A DNA stretch of 64,000 nt from Octopus vulgaris (lineage: Eukaryota). The notes beneath the pieces were generated by a model. It was not told the origin of the DNA. It saw nothing but the letters and a program-made list of their open reading frames with translations, and did not search any database. This document shows, piece by piece, positions 54,633 to 64,000 of the stretch. Every line of letters starts with the position of its first letter. Positions within the stretch are counted from its first letter, which is position 1. A program made the translations under genes and the position numbers. The DNA lies in contig OX597826.1 of NCBI GenBank assembly GCA_951406725.2, forward strand, positions 15,190,001 through 15,254,000, written 5' to 3'.

Positions 54633-55116
54633 CTGGAAAAAACAACAAGCTTGACTGTGTGTAAGTACGCATGCGTATGTACATGTACAACCATAGACAC
54701 ACGTTTACATATATATATAGTTGCAATTGGTGTTAGGAAAAGCGGAGTAAGTTGAACAAATGAAAGTATACCCAATATCTGAAGCAGAGTGAATATCTAA
54801 CATCGTATAAATTTGATTGCTTCTCATTAATTCAAGTTGCTTCACTTTAGTCAGCACCACGTGACCGAAGCCCACAAGAAACTTGGAGTAACGGCAAAAT
54901 AGTATACTTTAGTATATATATTATTTCTACTCTGTTATAGTTAGATAAATAACCATACGTTAGAACTCAATATTCTCATAATCACTGGCCTCTGCGAACA
55001 TTGACACGTCAAGTGACAGCGATACTCTCACTCGGCAACAGAAGACAACAACAGAAGTGCAAAATAAAGGGCTAATTGTAAATATCAAAAGAACACAAAT
55101 TAGTATCTAAATCCAT

Positions 55117-55204
55117 TAGCTTACAGGTGTTTCAGTACGAAATTAAAACCGTGTATAGTAATGAATATTGTCTCATTCAAATTCATTTCCCTTAATCAAA
55201 GCTA
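55117..55204 (-). ncRNA. Degenerate type I hammerhead motif, long stem II
   Basis: TAGCT TTGATTA AG...AATGAAT/ATTCATT...CT GAAAC-ACCT-GTA AGCTA; same architecture as 12278. Confidence 0.5.
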
Positions 55205-55394
55205 CGATGAATATGATTATTTGAGAAAAAAAAACCTTAGAGAAAACAAGATTTTAAACTCTAATAATATTTTTGCATTTACCACAAGGAAGGAGAGTGA
55301 AAAATCATTAAAATAACAACTTACAGAACCTGTATGTTTCCATGCAAAATCTATTACAATAACCACTTATGGAACTGTTTACAAGAGGTGTTGC

Positions 55395-55613
55395 AGTAAT
55401 ATTGGTTTCAAACTTTGTACAATGCCAACAACTCGGCGGAGGAGTTACATCGATTACATCGATCCCAATTCTCAGCTGGTACTAACTTTATCGACCCCAA
55501 AAAGATGAAAGCAAAATCGATCTCGGCGGAATCTGAACCCAGAAGGTGAAGACGGACGAAATGCCGCATTGCATTTCGCCCGGCCTGCTAATGCTTCTGC
55601 CAGCCCACCGCCT
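55395..55613 (-). mobile_element. SINE family A, diverged
   Basis: Same consensus. Confidence 0.75.
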
Positions 55614-56076
55614 TATTGTTATTGTGGTAACATTAATATCAATATCTTCTTCAGTCTTTGTCGAAAATTCGTACATTTTCACGAGGGACTGTGGTCGGCT
55701 ACATTCTCCTGGTAATTATGTTCCTGATATACAGGAGTATGAGAAAAAAAAAGAGACTTGAACTCTGTAAGTAACATTACGCAACTAAAAACCGAAAGCC
55801 CCGACATTGTATCATTACTGCAAATATAGGGAATCGATTAAATCACAGTGATGCTTAATTCATTACATTACTCAAAGCAGATAGAAATGTATTGTATAGA
55901 CTCATAAAGATTATAAGAAAACCTCGAGCGTAAAAGGAGGCAAAAACTAAATATACTTATATATATTTTCAGGTTCTATCTTCCTAACTTTGGTAGTTAA
56001 AGAAATATTCTGGAGAAAATGAGATAGTCGATATGATGTACCAGAGTACTTCCCTGGAATTATAACAATAACTTAC

Positions 56077-56196
56077 CAAGATAGAGACCACTTTCACTCT
56101 GCGTCCCTTTAAAGGAAACATATATGTGATATTCGGATGGATTTTACGTTGATACACATGAAACTGTTTGGAAGTAGTAGAATTCCAGATTGCAAT
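56077..56196 (-). CDS. iGluR exon, ATD-S1 linker
   Basis: ttttcAG acceptor and GTAAGT donor; 120 nt phase 0/0; IAIWNSTT...PLKGRRVKVVSIL joins in frame to EKPF of the next exon. Absent from the ORF track. Confidence 0.85.
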
Positions 56197-56446
56197 CTGA
56201 AAATATATGTAATAAATAAATATTTAGAGAAAAAATTTGAGGGAAATAACCATAGAAATATTAAATCAAGGAACTAATTAGTCTTGTATTGAAATAGTAA
56301 AAATATCTGATTCATCAATGAATAAATAGATTTTCAAATTATACATGTTACTTGAGTTGTAACATACATGTAACTTAAGTTATATACATACTATTTAATA
56401 CTTTGCTGCTTAAGGTATATATTTGGCTCCAGCTGCTACATAAATC

Positions 56447-56894
56447 CTTTCTACTAAAGGCACAAAGCCTGAGATTTCAGGAGAGATTACAACGACCCCA
56501 GTGAAACACAGGTACTTAATTTATCGACCCCGAAAGGATGAAAGGCAAAGTCGACCTCGGCGGAATTTGAACTCAGAACGTAAAGAGGGATAAATACCTA
56601 TTTCTTTACTACCCACAAGGGGCTAAACACAGAGACACAAACAAGGACAGACAAACATATTAAGTCGATTATATTGTCCCCAGTGCGTAACTGGTACTTA
56701 TTTAATCGACCCCGAAAGGATGAAAGGCAAAGTCGACCTCGGCGGAATTTGAACTCAGAACGTAGCGGCAGACGAAATACCGCTAAGCATTTCGCCCGGC
56801 GTGCTAACCATTCTACCAGCTCACCGCTCAAAGAAGGATAAATACCGCTATGCATTTTCCCGGCGGGCTAACAATTCTGCCAGTACGTCGCCTT
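56447..56894 (-). mobile_element. SINE family A, long form with an extra head
   Basis: Duplicated core and two tRNA-like heads. Confidence 0.85.
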
Positions 56895-57311
56895 ACAGCT
56901 GCCACATATAAGCCACTTTTACTACCATGCGCACTGATCCAATTCGCAAAAACATACAACTTCAGTTGTTATATACATGTTGACCTTACGTATAATTTGT
57001 CACGTTAGGGTATATTACATGCAGGAACATACTCCTTAAGAAGAAACTCAATCTCAAAGTTAGTAAAGATCAAAAATGTTCACACACTGAGTAGAATGTT
57101 TAAAATATGAATTGAGGGATTACATGTAGAACCGTATGACTGAAGGAGTTACATTTTATAAGAAAGTTTAAAATATCGCTCAAGGCCTCTGCTATGTATT
57201 TCGGTTATGGCTTTTGCTCCAATATATTGTATAGCACGCTAGGCTTTCTGAAAAGAAATGGCTTTTATATATATCCTAGAGAAAACATATTAAAGAGAAT
57301 GAAATACTCAC

Positions 57312-57416
57312 TTTTTGTGTCATTTCCCCAAAAACTGCTGTAAAGTATAGATTAATACCTTTTCTTTTCCCTCTTTTGTTTAAGTGCATACATCCAGTTT
57401 CCAAATGTTTCTTAAA
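57312..57416 (-). CDS. iGluR exon, end of ATD
   Basis: ggtttcAG acceptor and GTGAGT donor; 105 nt phase 0/0; FKKHLETGCMHLNKRGKRKGINLYF resembles the iGluR G.TG.I.F...G.R motif. Confidence 0.75.
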
Positions 57417-58357
57417 CTGAAACCAAAGCAAAAGCAAGTTGTTTTGAAAATACTGAGGAAAACTACAGAAAAAGAGACAGATCGGAAACAAATTTGTTTG
57501 CAGAGAGCTCGTGTGTACTCATTTCAAATATATACCAAGACCACACACACACAAACACACACACACACACGCACACACACACGCACACACACACACTATA
57601 TTTGGTCTAACAGACATTTTAGATGAGTTCATTTATGAACTGTTGGTTGACAACTAAAGACAACTAAAGCTTCTAAACGTTGATTATAGTTTATTCTTAT
57701 AATTGTTGTTACACTGGGTTGTGTTAGTAAATGTACAAACATGATTACGCTAGCAAATGTTTGAACAGAAACTGCGAGATAATGCGATTTTCGAGTATGG
57801 AAAAAAAAAAGTGTGGGAATTCAGTCTGTAAGCAGGAGAGTAAATATATACAGAAGTTTTAAATGCGCGCTATATGACTCTGCATAGTTTCTATGTGAGT
57901 CTTAAAGAAGCTTCCTTTTTTACAGATATGATATTTCTCAAGGTCTGACACACTCACGCACGCGCGCACATACTCGTATTTGGATACGAATAACGATACA
58001 TAAACTGAAGCGAATGATTGACCGCTTTTTACGTTTTCTTCAATCTTAGTCCTTTGAATGATTTTCTTTGATTGACTGAGCACAAAATCCCTTTATTATT
58101 GACGGTGAACTGTATCCTGTGACTTTGTAACAGTTATACATGTCCTAAAGTAATTAATTAACAACGTGAACGGTTACTTGCAAGAAATGAAAATTAAAAG
58201 TTGATTGCTGTTTCAATTCACAGCGAGCTTACACGATGCTCCATGGTGCACACCAATCATGCGTACATGATTTTAATCGATGAAATCCTCATTAAAGAAA
58301 CAAGAATTACGTCACAGGCTTTAGTTCGTCAGATGGATATTCTGTCAAATTCAGTCA

Positions 58358-58774
58358 TACTCTTTACTCTTTTACTCTTTTACTTGTTTCAGTCATTTGA
58401 CTGCGGCCATGCTGGAGCACCGCCTTTAGTCGAGCAACTCGACCCCGGGACTTATTCTTTTGTAAGCCCAGTACTTATTCTATCGGTCGCTTTTGCTGAA
58501 CCGCTAAGTAACGGGGACATAAACACACCAGCATCGGTTGTCAAGCAATGCTAGGGGGACAAACACAGGCACACAAACACACACACGCATATATATATAT
58601 ATACATATATACGACGGGCTTCTTTCAGTTTCCATCTACCAAATCCACTCACAAGGCTTTGGTCGGCCCGAGGCTATAGTAGAAGACACTTGCCCAACGT
58701 GCCACGCAGTGGGACTGAACCCGGAACCATGTGGTTGGTAAGCAAGCTACTTACCACACAGCCACTCCTGCGCC
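58358..58774 (-). mobile_element. SINE family B, full length
   Basis: Near-consensus copy. Confidence 0.9.
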
Positions 58775-59105
58775 ATGAGTATTTTAATTGTTCAATCAGC
58801 GGTAATACTTTCTGAGTTTTACGCAAACATATTAAATGGTTCAAGTTGATTCAGCTAGTCATTATGTGTGAAAAAAACTATATATTCGCATTGGAGGGAT
58901 ACTAAAGTGGACGGGCTTCCATTCAGTTTCCGTTGAAGCACTTCTACTACAGTCTAGAAACTAAGTTATTGTAGGAAAATCTTACCTACAGCTTTCCACT
59001 ATGGAGTCGAATGTGAAATCTCTGGTTACAAACGAAATTACTGAATTATTTAGTCATCTCTGAGCCCAAAGTTTTACAGAATTGTGTACATGCATAATCA
59101 CAAAT

Positions 59106-59410
59106 GTGGAGGCGCAATGGCCTAATGGTTAGGGCAGCGGACTATCGGTCGCAGGATCGCGGTTTCGATTCCCAGACCGGGCGTTGTGAGTGCTTATTGA
59201 GCGAAAACACCTAAAAGCTCCACGAGACTCCGGCAGGGGTTGGTGATCCCTGCTGTACTCTTTCACCACTCTTTCTCCCACTCTTTCTTCTGTTGGCCTG
59301 CTCGCTTAGCCAGCGGGGTGGCGTCATTTGAAGGCTAAAACAATGCGAACGCATTGTGACCAGCGATGTGTAACTACATCTGATGGTCTGGTCGGTCCCG
59401 TGATCTCGTG
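59106..59410 (+). mobile_element. tRNA-derived SINE (family C) with 12-bp target-site duplication
   Basis: A box TGGCCTAATGG, B box GTTTCGATTCC; ATAATCACAAAT at 59094-59105 and 59411-59422. Confidence 0.85.
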
Positions 59411-59521
59411 ATAATCACAAATAGTGGCATAGAAAACTACAGAATCTGACACGTTCTCCCCTTCACAGACACAGTTACACTCATATATAATCAATTATAG
59501 CATTATCATCTTTAACGTTAC

Positions 59522-59758
59522 CTTCTGTAGTTTCCGTTTAGTTTTCTCCCTCATTTCCTCGATGTTAGGATATCGTTTCATCGATATAGATGTGTTCTTC
59601 AGCATTTCAACTATATCTGCAACCACTGCTCGGGGATAGTTTTCAGTGTTATTCAAGGTATCATCACTATGACCCTCTCTTAACGGTAAATAACCGAGAA
59701 CAGTGAAATTGGTGTTCATGGCCACAAAGGAACGTAGGGTTGAGCTTATATAACCGTC
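59522..59758 (-). CDS. iGluR subunit exon, late amino-terminal domain (most 5' exon resolved)
   Basis: Acceptor tttctttctcAG, donor AAG|GTAACG; 237 nt, phase 0/0, open: DGYISSTLRSFVAMNTNFTVLGYLPL...KRKLQK. Assigned by position and splice phase; sequence similarity is weak by eye. Confidence 0.7.
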
Positions 59759-59897
59759 CTGAGAAAGAAAAGAATAACATACAAGTTATTACATTATAGC
59801 AGAAATACATGTAGACATATAGACACATATTCATACATGCACGCATTAACAGATATATATATATACATATATAACTTCCACTTACATAAAAAATATA

Positions 59898-60127
59898 TTA
59901 CTCTTTTACTCTCTCTTTTACTTGTTTCAGTCATTTGACCGTGGCCATGCTGGAGTACCGCATTTAGTCGAGCAAATCGACCCTAGGACTTATTCTTTGT
60001 AAGCCTAGTACTTATTCTATCGGTCACTTTTGCCGAACCGCTAAGTTACGGGGACGTAAACACACCAGCGTCGGTTGTCAAGCAATGTTGGGGAGACAAG
60101 CACAGACACACAAACATATATACAAAG

Positions 60128-60160
<33 letters not shown>

Positions 60161-60333
60161 AACATATATACAACGGGCTTCTTTCAGTTTCCGTCTACCA
60201 AATCCACTGACAAGGCTTTGGTCGGCCCGAGGCTATAGTAGAAAACACTTGCCCAAGGTGCCACGCAGTGGGACTGAACCCGGAACTATGTGGTTTGTAA
60301 ACAAGATGCTTACCGCACAGCCACTCCTACGCC
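59898..60333 (-). mobile_element. SINE family B, full length
   Basis: Near-consensus copy. Confidence 0.9.
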
Positions 60334-60809
60334 TATGATATTATTATATATATGATATTGTGGAAACTCACAAATTTCACAAATCTTTTCTATGAGTTGT
60401 ACATAATCGAACTTAGGACGAAGGTGAATCAGTTGCAACAATAAAAATGTATTTAAAGAATGCAAAGTGCATTTTGATGGAGAATATGGCATACGTCTTT
60501 GGCTGGGTGACTTTTGAGCATACTTTTAGAATTTAAGGAAGGCGTTGGATTGATCGTATGAACGGTAGCGAAAATGAAATAGTCATTTCCAAAGAAAATT
60601 TTTAAAGATATTAAAAATATTAAAAAAAAATCGATGCATTACGAAATAATTATTAATGCATTGCTTGCTCTGGCAGATGTGAACTGCAATAAAAACAGCA
60701 ACATATAATCAACTTGAAAAAACAAATTAAAATTGATATACGTGTGCTGAAGCTTGAATTTTAAAGCAAAAGCGTGATAGAAGAATGAGAGAAAGAAAAA
60801 AGAGAGAGA

Positions 60810-60856
<47 letters not shown>

Positions 60857-61962
60857 GGAGAGAGAGACTCACACATATTGCGTAGAGATTAGACATATTT
60901 TGAGCGCTGACACCATTTCTCGCTTAATTTTAACAAAACGGAAGCATTCGAAACTTACATGCATGTGTTTATGTTTAAAGGAAACGCATGGAAATGATGA
61001 GGCACACCAAAGCATGTATGATAAAGAAGACCTGCATTATAGAAACCCTTAACATCAATTGACGGAAAATTGTAAGACAAATGTTATAGCAAAATAAATT
61101 ATAATAAAAATATGTTAAATATAACAGATGATAAACAGTATTAATTTATTGACAGTCAAAAAGTTCAAATTCGAACGCTTTATCATATTCGCCTCATAGG
61201 ACAGATAAACAGGGAATATATTCAAAACATCTGGTAACATGCATTTATTTAGGAATGCCTATAAAAGCCGGAAGATGACAGAATCGTTAGACTGTCGGGA
61301 AAAATGCTTTGCGTTGTTTCTTCTGACACTATACATTCTGAGTTCAAATTCATCTGCGGCCAACTTTGCCTCTCATCACCCCCGTGGTTGATAAAATAAA
61401 GTATAGTCAAATACAACGGACGAGTGAGAGAACTACAGTAAGAGCCGTACATGTAAGAATTTGATTTTCCCAAAATCTAAGCCGGATTTCTACATGTTTT
61501 AAATGTATTTAGAAATACATTTTCCGGAGTAGCTGAACGAATTCTCTTGCAAGTAGAGTTTGTTTTAAAATGTTTTGTTAATTTGGTATATGTATCATGT
61601 AGATCCTGTCTTAAGGAAATGCATGGAGATTTTGTTATTAGTTTGTACTTTTTCACTTGCCATTAAGGTGTAATACGTTTAGATCTGTACAAATACATGT
61701 TGGAAGTTTTCATTTTCCTTCACTTCAGAATGTCTTTTTACATTCATTTACCTTCAACATAATCAGTTTAATGGCACCAACAAACTAAAAATGTTTCTGG
61801 TGATGATCCCATAACAATTTTCGTCCCGTTGGAAAAATGTATAGGTACTAAATCTATGAATTACTGTACCATATTTATTTTTCACCAATGTTGAATGTTG
61901 GGTTAGCCAACTAAAATTCCCTGATTCTACAGTTCTATATTTAAGAGATGAGGAATTATGTG

Positions 61963-62074
61963 CATTATTTACATTTGACGGATATTTGTCCAAGACACCG
62001 GATGATGGCTGGAAGGTATGTCAGCCGAAACGTTGTGATAACAATAAACACATATCTGTCAAATGTAAATAATG
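61963..62074 (+). ncRNA. Hammerhead motif (61996-62037) enclosed by a 23-bp inverted repeat
   Basis: CAC CGGATGA T GGCTG...CAGCC GAAAC GT T GTG; outer arms cattatttacatttgacggatat / atatctgtcaaatgtaaataatg. Confidence 0.6.
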
Positions 62075-62269
62075 TCCCTGGTTCTAATTTTAAATAAGTT
62101 TCTAGGTCTCATAGTGCATCTACGCAATTGTTCTGCTCCGAGTCTTTATAATTTGGTACGACTGTTTGGAAGGTAGCTTCATCCACAGCTACATACATAC
62201 ATACATACATACATACATACATACATACATACATACATACATACATACATACATTCATACATACATACA

Positions 62270-62303
<34 letters not shown>

Positions 62304-63681
62304 AACACGCACACACGTATGTATATAAATATTCTATAATTATAAACATAATCATAATTAGGGGTCAGCTAATTGCTTCACCACGCACCGAATTTAGAAA
62401 AGGAGATAAAATTCCTTTTCTGCTACCATAAAGTGCTCCCAGATAGTAACACACTCTTTTACAAGGGCAAAAAAAAAAATAAAGAATCCACACGACTCAG
62501 ATTAGCTACATACACGTTTCGGGATTAAAGTAAAGTTATATTTACTTACTTATTTCTCATCTTCAGTGCAGCATTTCGAGATATAAATTTGGGAGTGTTA
62601 GGATTAAATATGTACGCGATCGAACATCATCGCATAACTGATATTCAACCAACACTTCCAAAAATATACAGCAGAGTGTGAACACATATTTATCCTTAAT
62701 ACCCACGTGTATGACACGAGCAGTCCCGCATATATATGTGTGTGTGTGTTTTCAGGAATGTATCTGTGTGTTTGACTATCTGTCAGTCTGTTTAACAATC
62801 AGTCTATCATTCTGAGTATAACTAGTATGTTAAATATCACACGAAAAAAAATATCTCAGTTATTCCAATGAGATACCTTTGCAGGAAGTAAACAAATACC
62901 TCATGTTAATTTACCCTTTCAATTCAAATCAGAAATTAAGACAATGGTAAGAGCAAAGATTCTCTTGAATTGGCATGCCATTGAAAAAAAAAACAAAAAC
63001 AAAAACAAGCCCCCCGCCCCCCATAAAAAAACAAGACAAAAACCCCCCATCTCTGAATGTTGAGAGGTAAAGGGACAACTGCAAAAATATTTTTTCTCCC
63101 TCCATAGACATCATTATGAGGATAGTTCTCCAACCTTCAGGCGTGTGGCGTAGCTATGTGCAAAAAGAGGAAACAATATTCATGGCCTACTTTCATTCGC
63201 GTAATTTATACAAAAACGAGTTGAGGGAAATAACGGAGAATGGTTATTGGTATGAAGATGGACAACAAATATGAATTAAATATATTTAATTAAAAACCAT
63301 ATAAGACAAATATTTGATTTATTAGTTTATCGAAATTATCTTTCATCAATAGAAAATTAAACAAATGCCAAGTTATGAATAAATAAGTATATGTATATAT
63401 GTGTGTATGTGTACCATGTTGCTATAGCTGCCATTTTCTCATTTGTATTTCTATATGTAAGTATGTCAGTGTTGTGCGTATACACACACACGTATATATA
63501 ATTACAAGCACACTTACGTGTTTTTATGTAGAAGAAAATTGCAATTGAAACAAAATTTCATTTTTATATATATTTTTAATAGATACAGACATATATGCAC
63601 ATACATACATATTCATATATCGATCCATATACATATATATTTATACACATATGGAATATATATAAATAAAAAAAACATGCT

Positions 63682-63746
<65 letters not shown>

Positions 63747-64000
63747 ATAAACACACGCATACACATATATATACACACATACAAATTCCCATCACCCAAA
63801 TACATAAATGTGTATATTTGTGCTTATATTTAGAAAATTGCAATTCAAATGAAATATGTCATTTGACTATATATTTGTTTTTAGCGTAGAAAAAAATTAT
63901 TATTAATCGAACTCTATTTAACGTAAGAAATCATTAATTACATAATTTGATTTTTACACACATTCGCACCCGCACACATACCACCCTACTCCCCACACCT

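Noticed and set aside
59759-64000. Upstream iGluR exon candidates (about 60645-60684, 60959-61031, 61752-61784, 62550-62636)
   Set aside because: AG/GT pairs exist, but none gives a convincing ATD-like peptide in the right phase; needs RNA-seq.

Overview
Eukaryotic, AT-rich, microsatellite-dense DNA; the SINE families and repeat landscape suggest an octopus or other coleoid cephalopod (inference). The main gene is an ionotropic glutamate receptor (iGluR) family subunit on the minus strand. I resolved 8 phase-consistent exons between 59758 and 23701 (about 557 codons: end of the N-terminal domain, S1, M1-M3, S2, M4). The 5' exons are unresolved and the 3'-terminal exon(s) are only candidates (about 18.3-21.2 kb). 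The intron next to the Q/R-site codon needs a GC donor, and the ligand pocket has glycine/D-serine-type residues on a kainate-like scaffold. The rest is decayed mobile DNA: three tRNA-derived SINE families, two mariner relics, MITEs, RTE- and HERO-like LINE fragments, and several Penelope-like (RT/GIY-YIG) remnants. About a dozen hammerhead-ribozyme motifs of several architectures are scattered through the window, most with core substitutions. Two sit in long near-perfect fold-back elements that carry a hammerhead on each strand. Most entries in the ORF track are microsatellite artefacts.
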